A DNA stretch of 64,000 bases from an uncultured Bacteroidota bacterium (GTDB taxonomy: Bacteria; Bacteroidota; Bacteroidia; Flavobacteriales; Flavobacteriaceae). Position 1 is the first letter of the stretch, and every line of letters begins with the position of its first letter. Below the pieces are notes generated by a model. The model was not told the DNA's origin, searched no databases, and saw only the letters and a list, made by a program, of their open reading frames with translations. This document shows positions 16,773 through 26,218 of the stretch, piece after piece. The DNA lies in contig CABXCC010000001.1 of NCBI GenBank assembly GCA_902510475.1, positions 18,954-82,953 of the forward strand, given 5' to 3'. A program made the translations under genes and the position numbers.

Positions 16773-19700
16773 ATGAAAAAATACGCCATAATAATAATTA
16801 CTTTACTCCTAAGCTTAAATACTTATTCTCAAAAAAAGAAAAAAGATAATAAAGAGCCTTTAGATGAAATCTCAGTAAGTGCATTGAAGTGGAGATCTGT
16901 AGGTCCTGCTTTAACTTCAGGAAGAATTTCGGATTTAGCTGTAAATCCAGAAAATCCTTCTGAGTATTATGTAGCTGTAGCGTCTGGTGGAGTATGGAAA
17001 ACTTCAAATTGGGGTGTTGATTATTATCCTATTTTTGATAACGAATCGTCTTATTCAATTGGATGCGTCACCATTGATTCAAACAACACTAACATAGTAT
17101 GGGTTGGGACAGGTGAAAATAATAATCAAAGATCAGTAGCCTATGGAGATGGAGTATATAAATCTGTCGATGGAGGTAAGTCATGGAAAAATATGGGTCT
17201 CAAGAATTCTGAACATATAGGAAATATTATTGTTCACCCAGAAAATTCTAACGTTGTATATGTGTCAGCATATGGTCCACTTTGGAGTAAAGGTGGAGAT
17301 CGTGGCATTTATAAAACTACAGATGGAGGTGATTCCTGGACTCAAATTTTAAATATTGATGAACACACTGGATTTAGTGAAATCCATATGGATCCTAGAA
17401 ACCCTGAAATTTTATATACTGCAAGTCATCAGAGAAGAAGACATGTATATACCTATGTTGGCGGAGGACCTGGATCAGGACTTCATAAGTCAACAGACGG
17501 TGGTGAAACATGGAAAAAAATCAACAAAGGTCTTCCCTCTGTTGAATTAGGTAGAATTGGTTTAGATATTTCTGATGCTAATCCTGAGATTATTTATGCA
17601 ATTGTAGAAGCTTCTCAAAGAAAGGGAGGTTTTTACAAATCAACTGATAGAGGAGAAACATGGGTAAAACAAAGTGGCAAATCTACCAGCGGAAATTATT
17701 ATCAAGAAATTTTTGCTGATCCTGTAAATGAAGATGTAGTTTATGTTATGGATACATGGATGTCAGTTACACACGACGGAGGAAAAACCTTTAAAAATGT
17801 AGGAGAAGATTACAAACACGTTGATAATCACGCCATGTGGATTAATCCAAACAACAATTCTCATTGGTTAGTTGGATGTGATGGAGGTATATATGAAACA
17901 TTTGATTCAGGTAAAAAATGGGATTATAAGAAGAATTTACCTGTTACACAATTTTATAAAGTTGCAGTAGATTACGCAGAGCCATTCTACAATATATATG
18001 GAGGAACCCAAGATAATTTTAGTCTAGGAGGACCATCAAGAGTAAATAACTCTCACGGTATTTCTAACCAAGATTGGTTTATTACACATGGTGGAGATGG
18101 CTTTGAATCTCAGGTAGATCCTGAAAACCCAAATATTGTATATGCTCAATCTCAATATGGTTGGTTAGTAAGATATGACAAATTAAGTGGTGAAGAAGTA
18201 GGGATCAAGCCTATCGCTCGAAAAGGTGAATTAGATTACAAATGGAATTGGGATGCGCCTTTAGCTGTAAGTAAGCATAAATCTGGCAGACTATATTTTG
18301 CTGCTAACAAAGTTTTCAGATCTGATGATTACGGAAATAGCTGGGATGTTATAAGTGATGATCTTTCAAGGCAAATAAACAGAAACAGTTTGAAAGTATA
18401 TGACAGAGTCTTAAGTATCGATGCAGTTGCAAAAAACGGTTCAACTTCACCATATGGAACCATAGTTGCTCTATCAGAGTCTCCACTAGATCCAGATTTC
18501 ATAGCTATTGGAACAGATGATGGTTTAATTCAGGTAACTGAAAATGCTGGAGAGTCATGGAGAAAAATTGATAATATTGATGGTGCTCCTAATCAATCCT
18601 ATGTAAATTCAGTTTATTTGTCTCAACATGATATAAATGTTATGTATGTAGCTTTTAATCATCATAAATATGGCGATTTTAAGCCTTACATATTTAGATC
18701 AGATGACAGAGGGAATACTTGGAAGTCTATAAGTAATAACCTTCCTGAAAGGGGTAGTGTGTATTCAATTGAAGAAGATCATGTTGACAGTAATTTAATT
18801 TTTTGTGGTACCGAGTTTGGTGTATTTTTCTCCCCTAATTCAGGTGGAAGATGGAAAGAGTTGTCAAACGGACTACCAACAATCGCCGTAAGAGATATTG
18901 CTATTCAGCAAAGAGAAAATGATTTGGTTTTAGCAACTTTTGGAAGAGGATTCTATGTGATGGATGACTATTCTGTATTAAGAGAAATAGAAAACAAAGA
19001 AGTTGTTGATAAGCCAAAACTATATGACGTCAGGGACGCACTCATGTGGGAAAAAGCAGCTCCATTAGGCCTTCCAGGAAAAGCATTTCAGGGGGATAAT
19101 TTTTACTTGGCAGATAATTTGGATCCAGTAGCAATCTTTGCCTATAATTATAATAAGAAATATGAATCGTTAAAATCAAAAAGACAAAAAAAAGAAAAGG
19201 AACTTATAAAGGATGAGAAAGATGTTTCATATCCTTCATATGAAGAATTATACAATGAAATAAATGATGAAAAGCCGCAGCTTGTATTTACGATAAGAAA
19301 CGATAAAAATAAGGTTATTAAAAAGATATTTAGATCCCCTTCCAAAGGACTCAGTAGATTTACATGGAATCTGAGATATGAGGAAAAAGATCCAATAAGT
19401 TTGCGTTCATCTTCTTTCTACAACCCGTTTGCAGGTGTTTCTGAAGGGACCTTGATTAACCCAGGTACTTATTCGATTGAAATGGCAGTCTTAAATAATG
19501 GTGTCATGAGTAATATAGTTGATCCAAAAAGTTTTAATGTTATTGCATTAAAAAATACGGTGATGCCCGCAAAGGATAGATATGCTAAAGTTGAATTTCA
19601 AAGAAAAGTTTCTTTATTACAAGGTTTAATAGGGGAATATTCACGAAAATTTTCCGAAGTTAGAGATAAAATGCCTTTTATAGAAAAAGCAGTAAAAATT

Positions 19701-20042
19701 TCTGAACAACCATTGGAAGATATATCAAAAATGGTTTGGGACATCAATAAATCAATTAAGGAGATTAGTGAAAAGTTCTATGGTGATGGTATTAAGAGTA
19801 GACTAGATATTCAAAGTTATTTAACCCCTTCATCAAGATTGGGGGCTGTGGCTTACTATCAAAAATATTCTACAGCTGCGCCAACGAAAACGCATATGGA
19901 TAGTTATGAAATCGCCAAAGAAGAATTTGAACCAATTAAAGTTCTAATTAACAATCTAAAGCTTGAAATGAATGAATTGGAGAAGTTTTTAAAAGATTCA
20001 GGAGCTCCTTACACACCTGGTAGACCAAAGGCTATAAATTAA
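16773..20042 (+). CDS. Secreted BNR/Asp-box (sortilin/VPS10- or GH74-like) double beta-propeller protein, 1089 aa
   Basis: Signal peptide, then about ten S/T-x-D-x-G-x-(T/S)-W Asp-boxes (SVDGGKSWKN, TTDGGDSWTQ, STDGGETWKK, STDRGETWVK, THDGGKTFKN, SDDYGNSWDV, TENAGESWRK, SDDRGNTWKS …). The substrate is unknown. Confidence 0.8.
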   Translation: MKKYAIIIITLLLSLNTYSQKKKKDNKEPLDEISVSALKWRSVGPALTSGRISDLAVNPENPSEYYVAVASGGVWKTSNWGVDYYPIFDNESSYSIGCVTIDSNNTNIVWVGTGENNNQRSVAYGDGVYKSVDGGKSWKNMGLKNSEHIGNIIVHPENSNVVYVSAYGPLWSKGGDRGIYKTTDGGDSWTQILNIDEHTGFSEIHMDPRNPEILYTASHQRRRHVYTYVGGGPGSGLHKSTDGGETWKKINKGLPSVELGRIGLDISDANPEIIYAIVEASQRKGGFYKSTDRGETWVKQSGKSTSGNYYQEIFADPVNEDVVYVMDTWMSVTHDGGKTFKNVGEDYKHVDNHAMWINPNNNSHWLVGCDGGIYETFDSGKKWDYKKNLPVTQFYKVAVDYAEPFYNIYGGTQDNFSLGGPSRVNNSHGISNQDWFITHGGDGFESQVDPENPNIVYAQSQYGWLVRYDKLSGEEVGIKPIARKGELDYKWNWDAPLAVSKHKSGRLYFAANKVFRSDDYGNSWDVISDDLSRQINRNSLKVYDRVLSIDAVAKNGSTSPYGTIVALSESPLDPDFIAIGTDDGLIQVTENAGESWRKIDNIDGAPNQSYVNSVYLSQHDINVMYVAFNHHKYGDFKPYIFRSDDRGNTWKSISNNLPERGSVYSIEEDHVDSNLIFCGTEFGVFFSPNSGGRWKELSNGLPTIAVRDIAIQQRENDLVLATFGRGFYVMDDYSVLREIENKEVVDKPKLYDVRDALMWEKAAPLGLPGKAFQGDNFYLADNLDPVAIFAYNYNKKYESLKSKRQKKEKELIKDEKDVSYPSYEELYNEINDEKPQLVFTIRNDKNKVIKKIFRSPSKGLSRFTWNLRYEEKDPISLRSSSFYNPFAGVSEGTLINPGTYSIEMAVLNNGVMSNIVDPKSFNVIALKNTVMPAKDRYAKVEFQRKVSLLQGLIGEYSRKFSEVRDKMPFIEKAVKISEQPLEDISKMVWDINKSIKEISEKFYGDGIKSRLDIQSYLTPSSRLGAVAYYQKYSTAAPTKTHMDSYEIAKEEFEPIKVLINNLKLEMNELEKFLKDSGAPYTPGRPKAIN

Positions 20043-20048
20043 AATAAA

Positions 20049-20073
20049 ATCCCCTTGAAATTTTCAAGGGGAT
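20049..20073 (-). terminator. Intrinsic terminator hairpin between the convergent BNR-propeller gene and typA
   Basis: ATCCCCTTGAAA and TTTCAAGGGGAT form a near-perfect palindrome. The T-rich tract (ATTTTATTTT) follows on the minus strand, so it is best placed to terminate typA. It may act bidirectionally. Confidence 0.6.
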
Positions 20074-20078
20074 AAATG

Positions 20079-21881
20079 TTATGAAATTGATTTATTTCGT
20101 TTTCTTTCAACTTCCTTTAATAAAACTTTTCTGAGTCTTAAACTATTTGGAGTTACCTCAACATATTCGTCCTTTTGAATATATTCTAATGCTTCTTCTA
20201 GTGAAAACTTTATAGCAGGTATAATTTTTGCTTTTTCATCTGCACCAGATGACCTAACATTACTAAGTTTCTTTGTCTTTGTTATATTAATTACCATATC
20301 ATCTCCTCTTGAATTTTCACCAATCACTTGACCTTCATATATTTCTTCACCAGGATTAACAAAAAATTTTCCTCTATCTTGAAGTTTATCAATTGAATAG
20401 GGGATTGCTAATCCTTTTTCCATTGAAACGAGTGAGCCATTCAATCTCTCAGGAATACCTCCTTTTACAGGTCTAAAGTCTAAAAACCTATGCGATAATA
20501 TTGCTTCTCCAGCTGTCGCTGTTAAAAGTTGATTCTTTAATCCAATAATACCTCTTGACGGAATTATAAATTCACAAATCATTCTACTTCCTTTTGAAAC
20601 CATGCTAGTCATTTCACCTTTTCTAATTGAAACAATTTCAATAGCTTTTCCTGAGATTAATTCTGGTAAATCTATTGTCATCTCTTCAAAAGGCTCGCAT
20701 TTTACTCCGTTCAATTCTTTGGTAATAACTTGGGGTTGTCCAATCTGAAGTTCATAACCTTCTCTTCTCATGGTTTCGATTAAAACGGATAGATGCAATA
20801 CACCTCTTCCAAAAACCAAAAATTTATCTGCACTTTCTGTAGGTTCAACTTTTAGTGCAAGATTTTTTTCTAATTCTCTATCTAATCTTTCTTTTATATG
20901 TCTTGAAGTAACGTATTTACCATCTTTTCCAAAAAAGGGTGAGTCATTGATTGTAAAAAGCATACTCATTGTTGGCTCATCTATAGAAATTGAATTCAGA
21001 GCCTCTGGCGATTCAATATCTGCAATGGTGTCTCCAATTTCAAAGTTTTCTAAACCCACTATTGCACAGATGTCTCCAGCCTCAACCTCTTGAACTTTTT
21101 TTCTACCTAAACCTTCGAATACGTGCAATTCTTTAATTTTAGATTTTAAAATTGTTTTGTCTCTTTTAACCAGCGAAATATTAGCTCCACTAGTTAATTT
21201 ACCTCTCTGAAGTCTACCAATTGCAATTCTTCCTGTAAAAGACGAATAGTCTAACGAAGTAATAAGCATCTGAAGACTACCTTCTTCTACTTTTGGTGAC
21301 GGAATATGGTTAATAACCATATCAAGTAAAGGTTCTATATTTTCAGTTTTATTTTTCCAATCTTCACTCATCCAGTTTTCTTTGGCTGATCCGTAGACTG
21401 TTGGAAAGTCTAGTTGCCATTCTTCAGCCTCTAATTCAAACATAAGATCAAATACAGACTCATGAACTTCTTCAGGAGTACAATTTTCTTTATCAACCTT
21501 GTTTATAACAACACAAGGTTTAAGGCCAAGTTCTAGCGCTTTTTGTAATACAAATCTTGTTTGAGGCATTGGTCCTTCAAAAGCATCAACAAGAAGAAGA
21601 ACTCCGTCAGCCATATTTAAAACTCTTTCAACTTCACCTCCAAAATCAGCATGTCCAGGTGTATCAATAATATTAATCTTAGTTTCTTTATATGTAACGG
21701 AAACATTTTTTGAGGTAATTGTAATACCTCTTTCTCGTTCCAATTCGTTGTTGTCAAGTATTAAATCACCTTTATTTTCATTATCTCTGAATAATTGGCA
21801 ATGAAACATGATTTTGTCAACTAATGTGGTCTTTCCGTGATCTACGTGTGCGATAATCGCAATATTCTTAATCTTAGACAT
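20079..21881 (-). CDS. typA: Translational GTPase TypA/BipA
   Basis: G-motifs AHVDHGKTTL, DTPGHADFGGEV and NKVD. Length (600 aa) and colinearity are typical of BipA. Confidence 0.95.
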   Translation of the reverse strand: MSKIKNIAIIAHVDHGKTTLVDKIMFHCQLFRDNENKGDLILDNNELERERGITITSKNVSVTYKETKINIIDTPGHADFGGEVERVLNMADGVLLLVDAFEGPMPQTRFVLQKALELGLKPCVVINKVDKENCTPEEVHESVFDLMFELEAEEWQLDFPTVYGSAKENWMSEDWKNKTENIEPLLDMVINHIPSPKVEEGSLQMLITSLDYSSFTGRIAIGRLQRGKLTSGANISLVKRDKTILKSKIKELHVFEGLGRKKVQEVEAGDICAIVGLENFEIGDTIADIESPEALNSISIDEPTMSMLFTINDSPFFGKDGKYVTSRHIKERLDRELEKNLALKVEPTESADKFLVFGRGVLHLSVLIETMRREGYELQIGQPQVITKELNGVKCEPFEEMTIDLPELISGKAIEIVSIRKGEMTSMVSKGSRMICEFIIPSRGIIGLKNQLLTATAGEAILSHRFLDFRPVKGGIPERLNGSLVSMEKGLAIPYSIDKLQDRGKFFVNPGEEIYEGQVIGENSRGDDMVINITKTKKLSNVRSSGADEKAKIIPAIKFSLEEALEYIQKDEYVEVTPNSLRLRKVLLKEVERKRNKSIS

Positions 21882-21903
21882 TACTGTTTTTCATAAATTT
21901 TTG

Positions 21904-21911
21904 CAAAACTA
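21904..21911 (-). promoter_or_regulatory. Candidate -7 box (TAGTTTTG on the coding strand) for typA
   Basis: Forward CAAAACTA matches reverse-complemented TAnnTTTG, 23 nt upstream of the typA ATG. Confidence 0.4.
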
Positions 21912-22013
21912 ACATTAAAAATTTCAAATATGCTATAAAAGTGAAAAGGTTTGAAAGAGAGCCAACCATAGCAATCAATCAAACCAATTCGTTTGTGTGG
22001 TGCGAATATACAC

Positions 22014-22049
22014 TAAAAAAATTAACCCACTGCTAAACAGTGGGTTAAT
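22014..22049 (-). terminator. Intrinsic terminator downstream of tRNA-Ser
   Basis: A 12-bp perfect stem ATTAACCCACTG/CAGTGGGTTAAT with a 5-nt loop, followed on the minus strand by T7 (forward A7 at 22014-22020). It begins 8 nt after the tRNA 3' end. Confidence 0.8.
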
Positions 22050-22057
22050 CTAGTCTG

Positions 22058-22142
22058 CGGAGGAAGAGGGATTCGAACCCCCGGAGGTGTGACCCTCAAC
22101 AGTTTTCAAGACTGCCGCATTCGACCACTCTGCCATTCCTCC
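22058..22142 (-). tRNA. tRNA-Ser (anticodon UGA), class II with long variable arm
   Basis: The reverse complement reads GGAGGAATGGCAGAGTGGTCGAATGCGGCAGTCTTGAAAACTGTTGAGGGTCACACCTCCGGGGGTTCGAATCCCTCTTCCTCCG. The acceptor stem is GGAGGAA/TTCCTCC and the anticodon loop is CT-TGA-AA. The variable arm is GAGG…CCTC and the T-loop is GGTTCGAATCC. CCA is not encoded. Confidence 0.9.
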
Positions 22143-22231
22143 AATAATGCATGCAAATATATACTTGTTTTTCTTTGGTTCAAAAAATCTTTTTAAATTA
22201 TTTATATTATATTATTTAAAACTTTGAATAC

Positions 22232-23005
22232 ATGAAATTTAAAAACCTATTATTATTTCTTTTTTGCTCATTAATTTCATCATGTGGTAGTAAAATGATC
22301 GATAATTATAAGGAGTACTCAAATTCTAATGGTAGTATTAATTATAGACTTATATACCCTAATAAATATGATGATTCCAAATCCTATCCACTTTTAGTTT
22401 TTCTACATGGTATTGGAGAAAGGGGTAATGACAATGAGTTGCAATTAAAATATATTGATGAGGTTATTTTAGATAAATCAAACAGAAAAAATTTCCCTTC
22501 ATTTGTTTTATTGCCTCAAGCACCTTTAAATGATAATTGGTCAAGTAGAAAATTAACCAATAAAAAAATAAGACAAGTTTTTCCTGAAAATGCGTCTCCT
22601 ACAAATTCTTTATCACTTGTTATGAGTCTTTTAGACGATTTAGTTAACAATAAAAAAATTAATAATAAAAGGGTTTATTTAACGGGATTGTCTAACGGGG
22701 CTATGGGTTCATTTGAACTATTAAAACATAGACCTAATATGTTTGCATCTGCTGTTTTGATTTGTGGTGGAGGAAATCCTCAATGGGCAAAAGAATTTGC
22801 AAAATCAACTCCTTTATGGGTAGCTCATGGTTCAGATGATGATGTTGTTTTACCTGAACTTTCAATAAATATGGTTAAATCAATTATAAAACAAGGTGGA
22901 AGTCCAAAATTCACTTTATATGAAAATGTAAATCATGGTAGCTGGTTTAATGTTTTTAGAGATCCTGATTTTTTAAACTGGATTTTTGATTATTCTAAAA
23001 ACTAA
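22232..23005 (+). CDS. Alpha/beta-hydrolase lipoprotein (carboxylesterase/predicted peptidase type)
   Basis: Lipobox …LISSCGS. HG oxyanion-type motif in LLVFLHGIGERG. Nucleophile elbow GLSNGAMG (G-x-S-x-G). Downstream acidic/His residues in AHGSDDDVV … NHGSW. Confidence 0.7.
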   Translation: MKFKNLLLFLFCSLISSCGSKMIDNYKEYSNSNGSINYRLIYPNKYDDSKSYPLLVFLHGIGERGNDNELQLKYIDEVILDKSNRKNFPSFVLLPQAPLNDNWSSRKLTNKKIRQVFPENASPTNSLSLVMSLLDDLVNNKKINNKRVYLTGLSNGAMGSFELLKHRPNMFASAVLICGGGNPQWAKEFAKSTPLWVAHGSDDDVVLPELSINMVKSIIKQGGSPKFTLYENVNHGSWFNVFRDPDFLNWIFDYSKN

Positions 23006-24131
23006 CGTAATCAGAAATTTCAAGTCCGTATCCAACCATTCCAACCCTTTTAGTTCCTTTAGTATTAGATATTAATTTGAGATTTGTGATATCTAAATCA
23101 TGTAATATTTGAGCACCAATACCAAAATCTCTATCATCCATTCCAATGATAGGTGCTTTTGCAACTTTATCCTTATTTTGTTTTTTCTTTAGGATATTTA
23201 ATCTCCTTAATGTATCAATAGATTGTTGTTCAGGACTAATGAATATTATTGCACCTGATTTATTTTCATTGATGATGTTAAACATCTTATTTAAAGAATT
23301 TTCGGTATTACTAGTCAGAGTACCTAAAATATCATTATTAATAGATTTTGAATTTATTCGCGTTAGAACTTTATCACCTTTTTCCCAGCTTCCTTTGGTT
23401 AGGGCAATATGGACATTACTATTAGTTGTTTGCTCATAAGCTCTCAAACGAAAACTTCCAAATCTTGTATTTATCTCAAAATCCTCTTTTTTAATAATTA
23501 AGGAATCATGTTCCATTCTGTAGGCAACCAGGTCTTCAATTGATATAATTTTTAGATTAAACTTTTCAGCAACTTTAACCAAATCAGGAACTCTGGCCAT
23601 TGAACCATTTTCATTCATAATTTCTACAATAACGCCTGCGGGTTTTAACCCAGCAAGTCTAGGTAAATCTATAGCAGCTTCGGTATGCCCAGTCCTTCTT
23701 AAAACACCTCCGTTTTTTGCAACAAGCGGAAAAACATGACCTGGCTTTGAAAATTGATTAGGTTTTGTGTTCTTATCTATTAGTGCTTTAATTGTTGTAG
23801 CTCTATCAGAAACAGAGATACCTGTTGTTACTCCATTACCTTTTAAATCAATTGAAACTGTAAATGCTGTATCTTGAGGATCTGTGTTTGTTCCAACCAT
23901 TAAATTCAATCCTAATTTCTTTGAAATATCTTCTGTAATCGGAGCGCAGATCAGTCCTCTTCCGTGAGTAGCCATGAAATTAATTATTTCAGGTGTGATT
24001 AGTTCAGCAGCAGCTAAGAAATCACCTTCATTTTCTCTATTTTTATCATCAATAACAATAACAATTTTTCCTTTTCTTATATCGTTAATTGCTGATTCAA
24101 TAGTGTTAAGTTTAAACTTATCTTTTGACAT
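22995..24131 (-). CDS. ribB: 3,4-dihydroxy-2-butanone-4-phosphate synthase fused to a degenerate GTP-cyclohydrolase-II-like domain
   Basis: The N-terminal half has DHBP synthase motifs (DDKNRENEGDF, GHTEAAIDL). The C-terminal half aligns with GCH II but lacks the three zinc-ligand Cys: VLTRINSKSINNDILGTLTSNTENSL replaces V(H)SECLTGD…RCDCG. Confidence 0.85.
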   Translation of the reverse strand: MSKDKFKLNTIESAINDIRKGKIVIVIDDKNRENEGDFLAAAELITPEIINFMATHGRGLICAPITEDISKKLGLNLMVGTNTDPQDTAFTVSIDLKGNGVTTGISVSDRATTIKALIDKNTKPNQFSKPGHVFPLVAKNGGVLRRTGHTEAAIDLPRLAGLKPAGVIVEIMNENGSMARVPDLVKVAEKFNLKIISIEDLVAYRMEHDSLIIKKEDFEINTRFGSFRLRAYEQTTNSNVHIALTKGSWEKGDKVLTRINSKSINNDILGTLTSNTENSLNKMFNIINENKSGAIIFISPEQQSIDTLRRLNILKKKQNKDKVAKAPIIGMDDRDFGIGAQILHDLDITNLKLISNTKGTKRVGMVGYGLEISDYVSF

Positions 24132-24133
24132 AT

Positions 24134-25549
24134 TTATTTTTTTAATTTAGCTAAGAAGTTTAAAAATTTATCCCCAAAATTAAAAATACTTCTGTCATTT
24201 GTTGCTTTATATGTTAAATATATACTAACAGGAAACATTATTAGAGTTGACAACCAACTTGCAAGTATTGGATTAATACTACTGTCTTCTGCTAAGTTTT
24301 TTGAAAAGATTCCTAAAAAATGGTAAGCTAAAAATAATAGAATTGATATCACCAAGGGTAAACCATAACCACCTTTTCTTATTATAGTTCCCAAGGGGGC
24401 ACCAATAAAAAATAAAATAATACACGCAAAACCTAAGGAAAACTTATCATGCAAAGTCATAATATGCTTATTTAAATTTTGTTCTCTATATGACTGAATT
24501 GTTTTATTAGATTTTATAATACTAATTGTACTTTTTACTGAACTAAGAGCCAAATCATATAATTGTTTTTGCTTTGTGGGTTGAAAAAGGTTTAAGAAGT
24601 TCTCATTTTCATAATTAACCTCCTCTTTAGGGTTTAAATTATAACTGATGGTTTTAAAATTTGATCTATTCAGCATTTTTGAGCTAATCACATCAATATC
24701 TTCAATTTTTTTTTTAGTTAATGAATCAATAGCATAGCTTAATTCATTTACCTGCATCATGGAATGCTTGTTTACATCATCCTCGTTTGAAAAATCAACA
24801 TTATTGATTGATACTAAGTCAATATTTATTAAATATTCCTCAAAATAACTTTTCACAAAAGGTTTCTTTATTTTTTCAGAATAATCCTTTGAAATTATTT
24901 CATCATAATAATTTCCATCGTATAATTTTAGCTGTAATATGTCTGAATTTTCCTCACTAATAATTTCACCTTTTTTAGATTTAATAACAGTGTAATTTCC
25001 AGGAATATTTTTTTTCTGATGAATTATTACTTTGTCAAGTAATTTACCTTCACTACCATACTTATCCTCAACTTTTATGTTGTAATTCCCTATTTGGCTA
25101 AATTGTCCTTCAGCAATAGCCATTGCTGGTTTTACCTTTGAAATATTCTTCCTTAAATTGTGAAAATTGTATTCTGCTATTGGCGCTATGTTATTGGAAA
25201 AAAAGAATGTAAGACAACCAAGTATTATTGTGAAGAAGATCAAACTTTTCATTGATCTTTGAAGTGAAATTCCACTTGCTTTCATTGCGGCAAATTCATA
25301 GTTTTCAGACAAACTTCCAAAAACCATTATACTAGAAAGTAGTATTGTTAATGGGAGTACAAGAATAACCAGCCTGGGGCTAACATTAACAAGAAATTTG
25401 AAAATTATATCTAATTCCAAATCTTTACCAGCTAATTCAGAGATATATAGCCAAACAGATTGAAGTAAGAAAATCAGCATTAAAATGCAAAAAGTACTAG
25501 CCAATGTTTTTAAGTATGATTTGAATATGTATAGATCAAGTATTTTCAA
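24134..25549 (-). CDS. LptF/LptG (YjgP/YjgQ) family LPS-export permease
   Basis: Three N-terminal TM helices, a large periplasmic beta-jellyroll-like insert and three C-terminal TM helices. The 471-aa length is typical of the family in Bacteroidota. Confidence 0.7.
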   Translation of the reverse strand: MKILDLYIFKSYLKTLASTFCILMLIFLLQSVWLYISELAGKDLELDIIFKFLVNVSPRLVILVLPLTILLSSIMVFGSLSENYEFAAMKASGISLQRSMKSLIFFTIILGCLTFFFSNNIAPIAEYNFHNLRKNISKVKPAMAIAEGQFSQIGNYNIKVEDKYGSEGKLLDKVIIHQKKNIPGNYTVIKSKKGEIISEENSDILQLKLYDGNYYDEIISKDYSEKIKKPFVKSYFEEYLINIDLVSINNVDFSNEDDVNKHSMMQVNELSYAIDSLTKKKIEDIDVISSKMLNRSNFKTISYNLNPKEEVNYENENFLNLFQPTKQKQLYDLALSSVKSTISIIKSNKTIQSYREQNLNKHIMTLHDKFSLGFACIILFFIGAPLGTIIRKGGYGLPLVISILLFLAYHFLGIFSKNLAEDSSINPILASWLSTLIMFPVSIYLTYKATNDRSIFNFGDKFLNFLAKLKK

Positions 25550-25554
25550 TGATT

Positions 25555-26208
25555 TTAATCTAATATATTCATATAGTATTCTTCATATTTATCTTTTTGA
25601 AAAACAAACAAGTTTTCGTCTAAGGGAAGGTTAAATTCAAAATCTACAATTGATATTGTTGTTACTGTTTCATTTTTTCCAGTTTCAATCACTTCATAAA
25701 TTTGATTAAATTCAGTATCGATTCCTAGAAGTATAAATTTAATCTCAGCTTCTGAGTCTTTTGGCACTAATTTTACATACTGTATTTTTTTTCTAAATTG
25801 ACCATTACCAATAAATCTAGATTTATCCATTTCAAAATAGTACCCTTCTTCATAAAAATAAAGCATTTTGTTGGGGGTAATTGTAGTTTCGTCTTCAGGA
25901 TCTTGACTTGAAATAGTTACTTCTTCATCATCAGGGCTAATTGAATATAACTTACTTCCGTCAAAAATTCTTGTTACCCCAAGCATTTCAAATCTCCATT
26001 TTTCTCCTTCAGTTACAAAACTTCCTTTGTTTGTTTGATTGATATCTTCTTCAATATTATTCAAAGTATAAGCATAGTTAATGTAGATATTTTCATAGTT
26101 TTTTATGTTCTCAGAAACTTTATTTAGTAATAATTCTGCATTAGAATTGTCCTGGGAAAAACCAAGATTTATAAATATGCATAAGAATAATATCAATAAA
26201 TTTTTCAT
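25555..26208 (-). CDS. LolA-like outer-membrane lipoprotein carrier protein
   Basis: 217 aa with a signal peptide and predicted open beta-barrel composition. The position immediately downstream of ftsK is the conserved ftsK-lolA arrangement. Confidence 0.6.
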   Translation of the reverse strand: MKNLLILFLCIFINLGFSQDNSNAELLLNKVSENIKNYENIYINYAYTLNNIEEDINQTNKGSFVTEGEKWRFEMLGVTRIFDGSKLYSISPDDEEVTISSQDPEDETTITPNKMLYFYEEGYYFEMDKSRFIGNGQFRKKIQYVKLVPKDSEAEIKFILLGIDTEFNQIYEVIETGKNETVTTISIVDFEFNLPLDENLFVFQKDKYEEYYMNILD

Positions 26209-26218
26209 AATGTTTTAT

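Noticed and set aside
21882-22231. The tRNA-Ser locus considered as an integration hotspot or genomic island boundary.
   Set aside because: No integrase, direct repeat of the tRNA 3' end, or compositional shift is visible on either side. The flanking genes are housekeeping (typA) or ordinary (esterase).
24132-24133. An FMN riboswitch expected upstream of ribB(A).
   Set aside because: Only 2 nt separate ribB(A) from the upstream lptF/G-like gene, so there is no room for an RFN element.
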